A DNA stretch of 64,000 nt from an uncultured Acidobacteriota bacterium (GCA_963773035.1 CAVYZX010000009.1:290695-354694); one strand, 5' to 3'; positions 22,868 through 33,183 are shown, counted from the first letter of the stretch. A program made the numbers and translations. Notes: generated by a model from the sequence alone, not told the origin.

Positions 22868-23419
22868 GTGCTCGTTTACACAGCTGTCGGAGCCATTGGC
22901 CTGCTGTTCCTGCTCACGATGCTGTTCGTTGGCGATCTGTTCGGTGGCGATCACGACTTCGATCACGGCTTCGACCACGACGGCGACGTCGGCGGCGGTC
23001 CGAGTTTCTTTTCCGCCCGGATCATCGCGGCGTTCATGACCGCGTTTGGGGTTGGCGGGGTCGTGGCGCGGTACTACGAGCTCTCGCATCCGGCGTCGTC
23101 CGGCGTTGGAGTTGCGACCGGGTTCGTCATGGCCGGACTCGTCTACCAGTTCGCGCGATTCCTGTATTCGCAGCAGGCATCGAGCGAGCTTCGTATGGCT
23201 GGGTTGCTCGGTCGGCACGGCGAAGTCACAATCGGCATTCCTTCGGGCGGAGTCGGAGAGATCACCGTCACGGTCGGCGGTGAGCGGACCACGCACATCG
23301 CCCGATCAGCGGATGGAGCGGCCATTGCCGTCGGCACAGAGGTTGTGGTCAGCAGCGTGCTCGGACCGTCAGTCGTCGTTACGCGGGCTTCGGTGCCTGC
23401 CAGTGGAGCGTCGTCATGA
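22868..23419 (+). CDS. NfeD-like (YqiJ/YuaF-type) flotillin partner protein
   Basis: N-terminal TM segments with His/Asp-rich loop, F...FG.GG, C-terminal OB-like domain; GGAGG RBS; overlaps flotillin by 4 nt. Confidence 0.85.
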   Translation: MLVYTAVGAIGLLFLLTMLFVGDLFGGDHDFDHGFDHDGDVGGGPSFFSARIIAAFMTAFGVGGVVARYYELSHPASSGVGVATGFVMAGLVYQFARFLYSQQASSELRMAGLLGRHGEVTIGIPSGGVGEITVTVGGERTTHIARSADGAAIAVGTEVVVSSVLGPSVVVTRASVPASGASS

Positions 23420-24945
23420 ACGTCATCACGAATCTGTTCGATGCCGGTCCGGTGACTGTCGCGCTCGTCATTCTGCTCGGTCTCATCGGGCTGTTTGCCG
23501 CCATGGCGCTCTTCGCGCGCAACTACATCAAGGTTCCACCATCGGAAGTCGCGATCTTCTACGGCCGCAAACACCGGTACGAGGACGAGAAAGGCAACAA
23601 GATCGACGTCGGTTTTCGGATCGTTAAAGGAGGCGCGGCACTACGGGTGCCGTTGCTGGAAAAGATCGCCTACCTGTCGCTGAACGTGATCTCTATTCCG
23701 CTGAAAATCCAGCGGGCGTACACCAAGGAGGGCGTGCCGGTCAGCGTCGAAGCGGTTGCGAACGTCAAGATTGCCGGCGACGACTTTTCGTTGCGTGCCT
23801 CAGCTGAACGCTTCCTCGGCATGACGACCGAACAGATCAAAGGCGTGATCTTTCAGACGCTCGAGGGCCATCTCCGAGCGATTCTCGGGACGCTGACGGT
23901 CGAGGCGATCAACGCCGACCGGCAGGCCTTCGCGCAGAAAATGACCGACGAAGCGGCGCAAGATCTGAAGAAGATGGGCGTGAACATCGACATCTTGACC
24001 ATCCAGCAAATCAGCGACGAGCAGGGTTATCTCGACGCGCTGGGCAAGAAACGGACCGCGGAGGTCAAGCGGGATGCCGTCATTGGAGAGGCGCTGGCGC
24101 AGCGCGATGCGATGATCCAGTCGGCAAACGCGGATCAGGAAGGCAAGACCAAGCGGTACGAGGCCGATGTCACGATCGCCCAGTCGCTGCGGGACAAGGA
24201 AGCGCGGCAGGCTGAGTTCGATGCGGCCGTCCAGGCCAAGCGCGCTGAGGCCGAGCAGTCCGGTCCCTTGGCGAGCGCGACCGCGCAGCAGCGTGTCACT
24301 GAACAGAAGGTGCGGATCGAACAGGTGCGGACGCAGCAGGAAGTCCTGGTCGCCCAACAGGAAGCCGCACGCAAGGAGCAGGAGCTGATTGCGACGGTCG
24401 TGAAGCCGGCCGAGGCCCAGCGCCAGGCGCGGATCCTTCAGGCCGAAGGTGAGAAGCAGGCCACGATCGTCCGCGCTGAGGCCACCCAGCGCGAGCTCGA
24501 GTTCGAGGGGGCGGGCGAGGCCGCCAAGATTGAAAAGATTGGTCGCGCTGAAGCGGCCAAGGTATTGGCCGTCGGTGAAGCCGAGGCCGAGGTCATCAAG
24601 AAGAAGCTGCTCGCCGAAGCCGAAGGACTCCAGCGCAAGGCCGAAGCCTGGAAGCAGTTCAACGAAGCAGCCGTGATCAATCTCGTTGTCGACAAGATGC
24701 CGGAGCTCGCGCAGGCCTTCGCCACCCAACTCGCGGGCATCGACAAGATCAACATCATCGAGATGGGCAACGGCAACGGCGGCGGCGGAGGCGTTGGACG
24801 AGTGATGAGCACAGTCGGCGGTGGGATGAGCGCGATGCTGGCGATGCTCAAAGATCAGTTCGGCATCGACGTGGCGCGGCTGATGCAGGCCAAGATGGAC
24901 GCTGCGGCGTCCGAGGCGGAGACGAAGATTTCCAAAGGTGGGTAG
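23416..24945 (+). CDS. Flotillin (SPFH domain protein)
   Basis: TLEGHLRAILGTLTVE, IQQISD..GYLDALG and AEA-rich coiled coil. Confidence 0.93.
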   Translation: MNVITNLFDAGPVTVALVILLGLIGLFAAMALFARNYIKVPPSEVAIFYGRKHRYEDEKGNKIDVGFRIVKGGAALRVPLLEKIAYLSLNVISIPLKIQRAYTKEGVPVSVEAVANVKIAGDDFSLRASAERFLGMTTEQIKGVIFQTLEGHLRAILGTLTVEAINADRQAFAQKMTDEAAQDLKKMGVNIDILTIQQISDEQGYLDALGKKRTAEVKRDAVIGEALAQRDAMIQSANADQEGKTKRYEADVTIAQSLRDKEARQAEFDAAVQAKRAEAEQSGPLASATAQQRVTEQKVRIEQVRTQQEVLVAQQEAARKEQELIATVVKPAEAQRQARILQAEGEKQATIVRAEATQRELEFEGAGEAAKIEKIGRAEAAKVLAVGEAEAEVIKKKLLAEAEGLQRKAEAWKQFNEAAVINLVVDKMPELAQAFATQLAGIDKINIIEMGNGNGGGGGVGRVMSTVGGGMSAMLAMLKDQFGIDVARLMQAKMDAAASEAETKISKGG

Positions 24946-24989
24946 GGCAGGAAGGGCAGGAAGGGCAGGAAGGGGCGGGTGGGCCAGGG
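24945..24989 (+). repeat. G-rich 9-mer tandem repeat (GGGCAGGAA x3 plus degenerate copies)
   Basis: Read directly between the flotillin stop and the next ATG. Confidence 0.8.
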
Positions 24990-25020
24990 TGAGTCAGGTC
25001 GGTGAGACCTCGGACGGCCG

Positions 25021-25491
25021 ATGGGCGATCAATCTGAATATCAAAGTCAGCTTCCCTGGGTTTTGGATCGACCGACGGCGCTGGTCATCGCGTGCTCTGA
25101 TGGCCGCTGGCGGCCCCACATTCAGGACTTTGTCACCAACTGTCTCCAGCTCGACCCGCACTTCGACGTACTCCAGGTTCCCGGCGGTGCCGAGCCACTG
25201 ACACTCTCCGACCGCGTGCCCAAGGACTTCAACTTTTTCCGGCGGCGCCTCGACATGCTCATGCGCGTACACCGGCTCCGCCGGATCATCATGATTGCGC
25301 ACGAGAACTGTGCTTGGTACCACGAGCTCACAATCCGACCTGGCAAGATGGACCTACGGGCTCGACAGATAGCGGACCTTCGATACGTCCGCACCCAGCT
25401 TCGCGACTTCTTCGGTGAGGTGGCGATCGAGACCTACTACGCGCGGCTCGGCGCGAACGGATCGCACGTCGTCTTCGAAGCTGTAACGTGA
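25021..25491 (+). CDS. Beta-carbonic-anhydrase-like protein
   Basis: CSDGR (CxDxR), VPGG and HENC (HxxC) zinc-ligand pattern. Confidence 0.75.
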   Translation: MGDQSEYQSQLPWVLDRPTALVIACSDGRWRPHIQDFVTNCLQLDPHFDVLQVPGGAEPLTLSDRVPKDFNFFRRRLDMLMRVHRLRRIIMIAHENCAWYHELTIRPGKMDLRARQIADLRYVRTQLRDFFGEVAIETYYARLGANGSHVVFEAVT

Positions 25492-25527
25492 GGGGGAGCG
25501 AGGGTGAACCTGAAAGCGCACGAAGAT

Positions 25528-26259
25528 TCACGACGCGACGTCCTGCCTCCTAGCTGCAATCGTGAGCAGCGAGCCACCGAACGGTAGCCAACCCGCGACC
25601 GCGTATTCCTGACGGAACCACGCCTGGATCGCCCGATTGAGGGCTGGTGGCGGAATGCGAGGGATACGCGCCGGCGCAGCTGTGAGCGCCTCCTTGGCTC
25701 GAACGATCAGCTTCGGCACGACGAGCGATTGGAACATGTAGCGGTTCTCCAGCGTGACGAGCCCGGCACGTTCAACCGTCGTCCGCATCTCGCCGGCAGT
25801 GTAGCGGGTGACGTGATGATTCAGCTCGTCGTGGGTCGTCCACAGCCAGTTGAATGCCGGGGTCGTTACGAGGATTCGGCCGCCCGGCGCCAGAACTCCG
25901 GCGGCTCGACGCAGTAGCTGGTCGGGCTTCGAGATGTGCTCGAGGACGTCGAGCATGAGAATCAGGTCGAACGGAGCCGCCGGTTCGTAGGAATTGTCGA
26001 GCTCGCCGACCACGATATGGTTCTTCCACTTTCCGCTCTGAGCGACAGCTGCTGGATCTGACTCAATGCCCTCGGCCTGGCCGAACTGCTCGAGGACGTC
26101 GAAGAAGAGTCCTGCCCCGCAGCCGACGTCCAGGATACGCGCGTGACGGGCACCGCCCAGAATGCCGCGAATCTTGCGCAGCAGAATCTCCTCCCTGGCG
26201 CGCCACCACCAGTGATTTCTGTAGAGCTCGGGATAGGCAGCGGCGTACTGCGCGTCCAT
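25528..26259 (-). CDS. Class I SAM-dependent methyltransferase
   Basis: HWWW.AR, ILDVGCGAG, DVLEHI and HDELNHH.TRY. Confidence 0.9.
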   Translation of the reverse strand: MDAQYAAAYPELYRNHWWWRAREEILLRKIRGILGGARHARILDVGCGAGLFFDVLEQFGQAEGIESDPAAVAQSGKWKNHIVVGELDNSYEPAAPFDLILMLDVLEHISKPDQLLRRAAGVLAPGGRILVTTPAFNWLWTTHDELNHHVTRYTAGEMRTTVERAGLVTLENRYMFQSLVVPKLIVRAKEALTAAPARIPRIPPPALNRAIQAWFRQEYAVAGWLPFGGSLLTIAARRQDVAS

Positions 26260-27185
26260 TAGTCGCCACCAACGATTTCCGCGACGACATAAGTTGGGCG
26301 CCCTTTGGCTTCCGCGTACACACGGCCCAGATACTCACCAATCACACCGAGGAAGAGCAACTGGACGCCCGAGAGCAACGTCGTGATGATCAGAGAGGCC
26401 GTGAATCCAACGGGCACGGCGCCGACGACGATGCGCACGTACACGGCGTAGATTGCGAAGGCCACGGAGGCGACGATGGCCGCGAGGCCGGTGAGCGCGG
26501 CCGCACGAAGCGGAACCGTCGAAAACGAGCAGATGCCGTCCAGAGCCAGTTGAATCAGCTTCCAGGTCGTGTATTTCGGGCGGCCGGCGCTTCTCGCCTT
26601 CCGCTGAACGTCCACTCCGACCTGCTTGAAGCCGACCCACGTCCGCAGGCCTCGCAGGTAGCGTTGACGCTCGGGCATGCGCCGGAGCGCGGCGACGACC
26701 GGCGCACCGAGCAGCGAGAAATCGCCGCTGTCGAGTGGGACTGGAACCTCAGACATGGCGGACATGATGCGGTAGTAAAGCTTGTAAGCGGCGCGCAAAA
26801 GAAGTCCCTCTTCGCGCGATGCTCGGCGCGTGTAGACCACATCTGCGCCTGCTTCATGCTGCCGGAGCAGCTCGGGAATGACTTCGGGTTCGTCCTGCAG
26901 GTCGCCGTCCATCAGCACCAGCGCATCGCCGGTGGCGTAATCGAGCGCCGCGCCGAGAGCGGCTTGATGGCCAAAATTTCGAGACAACGCGACGACTTTC
27001 ACGCGGGCATCCCGCCGGGCGGCGTCTCGCAAGAGCTGCGGGGTTCCGTCCGTACTTCCATCGTCGACGAAAACAATCTGGTGCGGGCCGCCGGGCAAGG
27101 CGTCGAGCACCTTGAGCAGCCGCGCCAGCAGCTCGGGAAACACCTCTTGCTCGTTGTGAAGAGGTATCCCTATCGATACACGCAT
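26259..27185 (-). CDS. Glycosyltransferase family 2, GtrB/ArnC-like polyprenyl-phosphate glycosyltransferase
   Basis: VDDGSTDGT, RNFGHQAAL, DGDLQD, two C-terminal TM segments and IGEYLGRVY.EAKGRP.Y. Confidence 0.92.
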   Translation of the reverse strand: MRVSIGIPLHNEQEVFPELLARLLKVLDALPGGPHQIVFVDDGSTDGTPQLLRDAARRDARVKVVALSRNFGHQAALGAALDYATGDALVLMDGDLQDEPEVIPELLRQHEAGADVVYTRRASREEGLLLRAAYKLYYRIMSAMSEVPVPLDSGDFSLLGAPVVAALRRMPERQRYLRGLRTWVGFKQVGVDVQRKARSAGRPKYTTWKLIQLALDGICSFSTVPLRAAALTGLAAIVASVAFAIYAVYVRIVVGAVPVGFTASLIITTLLSGVQLLFLGVIGEYLGRVYAEAKGRPTYVVAEIVGGD

Positions 27186-27772
27186 GATCTCGCTTTACCT
27201 TGGAAGTAGAGCATCGACCAGAGGCCGCTGAGCTCGTACGGCTCGACCGAAACCGTTTCGAAGTAGTCGTCGAACAATTCACGCCAGGCCGTCAACCGCC
27301 GCGCGTAGCGCCCGCGATCGAGCCTGGCCATCACCTTCGTCATCGAGAAACGCTCGGGCAACACGAGCTCGAGCAAGTGAACCGTCCCGTCTGGATCGAG
27401 GAGTTGCTGCAATTGTTGCAGAACTCGTCGAACGGCTTCGTCGGGGAGATGATGCAGGAAGCTATTGACGAGGATCGTGTCGAATGTGCCGAGCGACGCG
27501 AGTTCGGCGGTTTCGAGATCGGCCTGTATGAACCGGCCGCGGTACTTCGCGCGTGCAATCGACAGGTAGCGCTCGTTGATGTCAATCCCGACATAGTCAG
27601 CTTGAGCAAACCGTGGGGCGTTCGTTCCCGGCCCGCAACCCACGTCCAGGATTCTCCGAATGGTCTGGTTCTTGATGCGGCGCTCGACCGGTGCGAACTT
27701 CTGTGACGCGAAAGGCGCTTGCCAGGCTGCATAGACGGCGGGGTGTTCGAGGATTCGATCGATCAGTCGCAC
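27170..27772 (-). CDS. Class I SAM-dependent methyltransferase
   Basis: ILDVGCGPG, YVGIDIN and FLHHL; GTG start overlaps the upstream stop by 1 nt. Confidence 0.88.
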   Translation of the reverse strand: MRLIDRILEHPAVYAAWQAPFASQKFAPVERRIKNQTIRRILDVGCGPGTNAPRFAQADYVGIDINERYLSIARAKYRGRFIQADLETAELASLGTFDTILVNSFLHHLPDEAVRRVLQQLQQLLDPDGTVHLLELVLPERFSMTKVMARLDRGRYARRLTAWRELFDDYFETVSVEPYELSGLWSMLYFQGKARSCVYR

Positions 27773-29601
27773 TATCGCCACCTGACCTCGAAGCGCCCGA
27801 TCGTGTCGCTCTGCGAGAATTCGCGCCGCAGTTCGGCCAGGACCGATGCCGAAGGGAGTGGTGAAAAATCCGGACGGTGGTTGATGACGATGACCTCGCC
27901 TTTTGACCACGCCGCCACTTCGTCGGCCTCACGAGTTACTGGATTGTCCCCGGCGCTGTTCCCGCTCGAAAAGAAGTCGAACAACGCGCCGGACGGATTG
28001 ACGAGGCCAAGCAGAAAGTACACCTGCGGACAATCCGGACCGGCAATCAATTGTCCCCCTGGATGCAAGTGACCCAGAATCGTGGACGACAGGTTGCGAT
28101 ACTCCTCGGCGTCGTAGCGGCTGACCTTCAGATGCGCTCGCGGCAGATTCAGATCGGTATCGAACACGCGCGTCTCGTGAAGCTGTCCGAGACCCTGGAT
28201 GAAGCCTCGATTGATGCTCAGCACCCCAAAGAGCAGCAGCATGGCTCCCCAAGGAGCGATCGCCCGAGCCGGAACGGACGCAGAACTGGCCGCGGCGATT
28301 CCCGCGACAACCGCGAGCGGCGTGACGTAGCAGAAGTAAATCGGTGCGGCGAACGGAAATTGATTCAGAGCCACCCAGGATAATATCGCCGCCGAGGTAA
28401 AGAGAACCGCACGCTGTTCCGGCTGCGGCACGCGGCCCGATGCCAGGCGCCAGCATATGGCAATCGGCAACAGCGTCGCGATCGCTCGCGCCGCCTGCCA
28501 GATAAGCTGGTAGCTCCGGACATCCCAGAGCGCGTAAATCGGCAGCAACACTGCCGCGGCCCACAGCAGCACCCTTGAGAACATCAACCTCGTGATGAAA
28601 TCCAGTCGTGCCGAGACGAGAGCCATCGCAACCAGGGGCAGGTTTACGACCATGGTGCCGACACCAGGCATGAGATAGCTGGCATACGCCACACGTTTCT
28701 GCGGGAGGACGATCGCGCCGTTCACGAAATCTCCGAGCTGCGATCGAAGGGCGTACGGCAGAAGCAGCCAGACGACTGGGAGTCCGGCCGCTGCGGCGGC
28801 AATGCACGCAACCGCGAGCGGTGATTTCCAGCCCGAGGCGGATCGGTTTCGAACCCGAGGCAGAAGCAATATGCCGGCGCAAGTTGCGGCCGGAGCGAAC
28901 AGATACAGACCTTCCGCCAGGAAGATTCTGGGCGACAGGATAGTCGACGCGAACATGATTGCGGCCGCGGCCGAGCCCCACCGGGCTAGCTGCTCGAGAT
29001 ACGAAAATCGAGACGGAGTGCCAGTGAGCCCTCCGCCGTAGAGCAGCGACAGCCCCAGGGCCACCAGCAAATATGCGCCGGTTTGTTTGATGACGACCGC
29101 GAGACCCGCGGCCAGGCCAGCGGCTACCACATACCGCCATTGTCGCGTTTCAACGAAACGGATGAGCGACCAGAGACATGCGAGGGCGCATGCAAGAAGC
29201 CACCACGAAGGAATGCCGGCGAAGTAGTTGGGGAAGCTCCACGCGAGGGCGACCCACGCCGCGAACGCGGCGCCGATCGGCCCATGGTACCGCCGCACAA
29301 CGGCGTAAACGAGCCAGGTCGTGAAGGCGGCGAGTGCGAACAACAGCCACCGGACGTTCAAGAGATCGACGCCGCTCATCTTGAACAACGCCGCGTAAAT
29401 CCACGACAAACCGCCCGTGTAGGCGTCTTCGTAGCCGACGTGCGGAAGCTTTCCCCGCATCACCTGATCGGCCGATTGCCCGAGCATGCCTTCGTCGTGA
29501 GGCACCCATCCCCGTGGCACGAACGGCACCAGGTACGCGAGCGCGACGACGAGCATCAATGCGCCGGCGAGTCGGTGGCGTTTCGAAGCATCAACCGTCA
29601 T
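27772..29601 (-). CDS. GT-C superfamily (ArnT/PMT-like) integral membrane glycosyltransferase
   Basis: HDEG motif after the first TM segment, KQT motif, more than 10 TM segments. Confidence 0.75.
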   Translation of the reverse strand: MTVDASKRHRLAGALMLVVALAYLVPFVPRGWVPHDEGMLGQSADQVMRGKLPHVGYEDAYTGGLSWIYAALFKMSGVDLLNVRWLLFALAAFTTWLVYAVVRRYHGPIGAAFAAWVALAWSFPNYFAGIPSWWLLACALACLWSLIRFVETRQWRYVVAAGLAAGLAVVIKQTGAYLLVALGLSLLYGGGLTGTPSRFSYLEQLARWGSAAAAIMFASTILSPRIFLAEGLYLFAPAATCAGILLLPRVRNRSASGWKSPLAVACIAAAAAGLPVVWLLLPYALRSQLGDFVNGAIVLPQKRVAYASYLMPGVGTMVVNLPLVAMALVSARLDFITRLMFSRVLLWAAAVLLPIYALWDVRSYQLIWQAARAIATLLPIAICWRLASGRVPQPEQRAVLFTSAAILSWVALNQFPFAAPIYFCYVTPLAVVAGIAAASSASVPARAIAPWGAMLLLFGVLSINRGFIQGLGQLHETRVFDTDLNLPRAHLKVSRYDAEEYRNLSSTILGHLHPGGQLIAGPDCPQVYFLLGLVNPSGALFDFFSSGNSAGDNPVTREADEVAAWSKGEVIVINHRPDFSPLPSASVLAELRREFSQSDTIGRFEVRWR

Positions 29602-29622
29602 CGGTGATTCAAAGGCGTCGCT

Positions 29623-30150
29623 TCAGTCGTTCTTGGGGCGCACGACGGTGCGCTTGTGGGAGTAGTTGAGTCTGATCTTGATGAACTCCGGGTGCGAGAA
29701 GCCGAGCTCGCTGGCGATTTGCCAGATCTGAGCGTCCTCTTCACTCGAGATGGCATCATCGGCCGCAGACACAGCGAACAGGCAGTGGAGCAAGTCGAGC
29801 CGCTCGTCGTCGGACGCGATGTCACGAAATTCGCGTGTGACCAGGAAGTTTTCAGTGCCTCCGAAGAGGCGACTCTGGCTCTTGGCGATCTCGACGACGA
29901 GCGTCGCTTGGGCGACAGGCAGGTTGCCAGCTTGCTGAATACGGTCCACCATCTCGCTCGTCTCTGCTTCGCTGATGTGCGAGTCGGCCGCGGCCACCCG
30001 ACTCAATACGTACGCGAAGGCCGCAAGATAGCGCGCCCGTTTCGGATCCAGCTGATCCAGCTCATGCACGATTCGCCGAACCGTGTCGGTATCCCCTTCG
30101 TCGGCCGGGGCCGTCGAACGGACGGTGCGGAGCCATTCGAGAATTGACAT
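29623..30150 (-). CDS. TerB family protein
   Basis: Two VA.AD..IS..E motifs (VAAADSHISEAE and VSAADDAISSEE). Confidence 0.85.
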   Translation of the reverse strand: MSILEWLRTVRSTAPADEGDTDTVRRIVHELDQLDPKRARYLAAFAYVLSRVAAADSHISEAETSEMVDRIQQAGNLPVAQATLVVEIAKSQSRLFGGTENFLVTREFRDIASDDERLDLLHCLFAVSAADDAISSEEDAQIWQIASELGFSHPEFIKIRLNYSHKRTVVRPKND

Positions 30151-30248
30151 CAGATCGCACAACTCCGCGTGAGACTTTACCTCACGGACACTCTGGCGGC
30201 GGGATTGCGCCCCGCATGGTAGCATCGAGGGCGAAAGAGGTGGCCGAC

Positions 30249-30962
30249 ATGGAGAACTACGAGGCGACACGAAACCCTCAGCTCGCGACACCCGTTCTCA
30301 CCGCCGAACGGGTCGGCGCGTTCCTGCGTTCGGTTTACGGCTGGATGTGTGCCGGGCTTGCCATCACGGCACTGGTTGCCGTGTTCGTGGCTTCATCGCC
30401 TTCGCTCGTCCAGGCGATTGCGACGAACCGGCTCGTGTTCTGGGGACTCGTCATCGCGCAGCTCGGGATCGTCTTCGTGCTGTCAGCGCGCGTGCATCGC
30501 CTCGCCCCGGCCACGGCCTCGCTGTTGTTCATTGCATATTCGGGGCTCACGGGGGTGACCATCTCGTTCGTGCTGCTCGCGTTCACGGGTGAATCCGTCG
30601 CCACCACCTTCCTGGTGTGTGCGGGGATGTTCGGTGCCATGGCGCTCTATGGCACGTTCACCAGTCGCAGCCTGGCGGGATTCGGTCAGTTTCTGTTCAT
30701 GGGACTGATCGGCGTCGTCTTGGCTTCGATCGTCGGAATGTTCTGGCACAACGACGGACTCCAATTTGTCATCTCCTTCATCGGCGTCATCGTGTTTACC
30801 GGTTTGGCCGCGTACGATGCTCAACGCTTGAAGGCGATGGCGCTGGCGATGCCTATGGGCCAAGCCGGCTCGTACGCGGTCGTAGGTGCGTTGTCGCTAT
30901 ACCTCGACTTCATCAATCTGTTCCTGTTCCTATTGCGGTTTCTGGGAGGCCGCCGGGAGTAG
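30249..30962 (+). CDS. Bax inhibitor-1/YccA family membrane protein
   Basis: FLRSVYGWM, AAYDAQRLK and GALSLYLDFINLFL; GAGG RBS. Confidence 0.93.
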   Translation: MENYEATRNPQLATPVLTAERVGAFLRSVYGWMCAGLAITALVAVFVASSPSLVQAIATNRLVFWGLVIAQLGIVFVLSARVHRLAPATASLLFIAYSGLTGVTISFVLLAFTGESVATTFLVCAGMFGAMALYGTFTSRSLAGFGQFLFMGLIGVVLASIVGMFWHNDGLQFVISFIGVIVFTGLAAYDAQRLKAMALAMPMGQAGSYAVVGALSLYLDFINLFLFLLRFLGGRRE

Positions 30963-30969
30963 GCGGCGC

Positions 30970-31770
30970 CTAGCTATTGTCGCCGTCGAGCAGTCCTCCT
31001 AGCCCACCGAGAATCGATCCTTCTTCACGCCCTCCGCGTGTCAGACCTGGGACCGCCGAGATAATCCGGTTGGCCATCCGGCTGAGCGGCAACGACTGCA
31101 GCCACACTCGTCCGGGTCCCTGCAGTGTCGCAAAGAACAGCCCTTCGCCACCGAACAACGCCGACTTGATCTTGCCGACGTACTGAATCTCGTAATTGAC
31201 GGTCGGTTGAAAGCCGACGATGCAGCCGGTGTCGACGCGGATCAGTTCGCCGGCCGCAAGCGTCCGTTCCTGCAGCGTGCCGCCGGCGTGGACGAACGCC
31301 CAGCCGTCGCCCTGGAGCCGCTGCATGATGAACCCTTCGCCGCCGAACAAGCCGACGCCGAGCTTGCGCTGAAACGCAATCCCGATGCTGACGCCTTTCG
31401 CCGCCGCGAGGAATGAATCCTTTTGCGCGATCAGCTCGCCGCCGATTTCGGCCAAATGAATAGCGACGATCTTGCCCGGATATGGGGCGCCGAACGCGAC
31501 GCGTCTTTTCTGTCCACTTCGGTTGAGAAAGACGGTCATGAACAACGATTCGCCGGTCAGCAATCGCTTGCCTGCGCCCATGAGGGCTCCGAGGAAGCCA
31601 CCCTGCTGCTGAGAACCGTCGCCGAAAATCGTCTCCATGTCGATGCCATCGTCCATGTACATCATTCCACCGGCTTCGGCGACGGTCGCTTCGTTGGGAT
31701 CGAGCTCCACCTCGACGAATTGCATGTCATCGCCAAAGATCTTGTAGTCGATCTCGTGCATTGCAGCCAT
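30970..31770 (-). CDS. TIGR00266/AIM24 family protein
   Basis: [35 protein letters not shown] and [11 protein letters not shown]. Confidence 0.92.
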   Translation of the reverse strand: MAAMHEIDYKIFGDDMQFVEVELDPNEATVAEAGGMMYMDDGIDMETIFGDGSQQQGGFLGALMGAGKRLLTGESLFMTVFLNRSGQKRRVAFGAPYPGKIVAIHLAEIGGELIAQKDSFLAAAKGVSIGIAFQRKLGVGLFGGEGFIMQRLQGDGWAFVHAGGTLQERTLAAGELIRVDTGCIVGFQPTVNYEIQYVGKIKSALFGGEGLFFATLQGPGRVWLQSLPLSRMANRIISAVPGLTRGGREEGSILGGLGGLLDGDNS

Positions 31771-31959
31771 GCGTGAATCCTCTCAGGATGGATTGGGCCA
31801 ATACAGAGGTGATTATGATCTCAATTCTATTCACGTTGTTGGATACGGGATATTGCTAACAGATGGAATGGCAGGAGTTGCAACCGGTGAGCGGCGGGAT
31901 GCGCGCTTCACACGTGAATCGAGCGAATCGTCAGTTGGCATGGTGCCCGCCTTCCCGTC

Positions 31960-33178
31960 ATGAGTGGCTCCGGCAACGGTACTTACGAGCCGCGCGATCC
32001 AGTGCAGAGAGTTCTCTATCGATGGCGTGTTCGCGCACGATGGCGAGGGGCTGCGCTTTCGTCCGGCGCACCGCCTCACGCGGGACGAGGTCTCAGGGGT
32101 CGTGGCCTTCGTGGCGCAGCGGATCGACCGGTTGCTGTGGCGGCGGGTTTGGCCACGACAGGGAAGGAAAGCGAGGCGGTGGAGATCTGGGCGGACGAGG
32201 CGCCGGTGCTGGCTGGGCTGGCGGACGCATCGGTTCAAGGACTCACTGCGCTCGGGCCACGGGCCGGCGCCCGCGTGGCCCGCTAGGGCCGTCCGCCCGA
32301 GGAGGCGGCCCCGGTGGCGCTCGGCCCGTGTCACGCGAATGCGGGTGGCTTCGATCTCCACGCGGGGATCATGGTTCGGGCGGGCGAGCGCGAACGGCTC
32401 GAGCGGCTGTGTCGCTACACGTTACGGCCCCCGATTGCGCAGGCGCGGCTGCGCGTCGACGGAGAGGGGCAGGTCTTGATCACGTTGCGGCGTCCATGGG
32501 CGATGGCGCGACGCATCTGCGATTCGACCCCGTCGCGCTTCTGGAGCGCTTGGCGGTACTCATCCCGCGGCCGCGCATCAACCTGGTGCTGTACTATGGG
32601 CTCCTAGCGCCACGTGCTCCGTGGCGCCCGGCGGTCGTCGCCTCGGCCGGCTCGGAACGGTCGGATTCGGCGGCCGCCGTGTGTCCGGTCGCGGACGAAG
32701 GCGATGATTCCGCAGGCCGACGGCGTCCGCGGGGCTATTTGTGGGCCGAGCTGATGCGGCGGACGTTTGGGATCGACGTGCTCGACTGCCCGCGCTGTAG
32801 CGGCCGGCTGCGGTTGCTCGCGCTGATCGAGCACGTGCGCATCCTGGAACGCATCCTCGGGCATTTGGGCCTGCCCACGGACCGGCCGGAGCCGCGGCCC
32901 GCCCGCGCCCCGCCCCAGCCCGTCTGTGATCCCGACAGCCAATTGAGCGCGACAGATGAGACGTTCTGATCGCCTCGGCCGGGGTGTGCCTCGCCGCTGC
33001 TCGTCCTCCGCCTGCCGGGCGATTTGATCGCGCATGCCGGGCTTCACTGGAGCATACTCCAGTCTGGCGACGCGGCTAATCCGCGCTGTCTCAGAGGCGA
33101 GCGGGGTCCGATCACGGATCCTATGTTGCGCCGGCAAGCCCAGACAGCCGGCCACAGGCCGTTTATGCGGACTATCCG
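31960..33178 (+). mobile_element. Decayed ISCR/IS91-like rolling-circle element: transposase pseudogene 31960-32969 plus putative oriIS end
   Basis: YEPRDP...VLYR, IDGVF, GFDLHAG, LERLCRYTLRPP, LIPRPRINLVLYYG and WAELMRRTFGIDVLDCPRC, spread over several frames with an in-frame TAG at 32284; zinc-binding and HUH regions are missing. Confidence 0.85.
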
Positions 33179-33183
33179 CTCGA
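33085..33183 (+). repeat. Putative oriIS terminal repeat, copy 1
   Basis: About 99 nt, near-identical to 39633-39733; ends GTTTATGCGGACTATCCGCTCGA. Confidence 0.85.
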
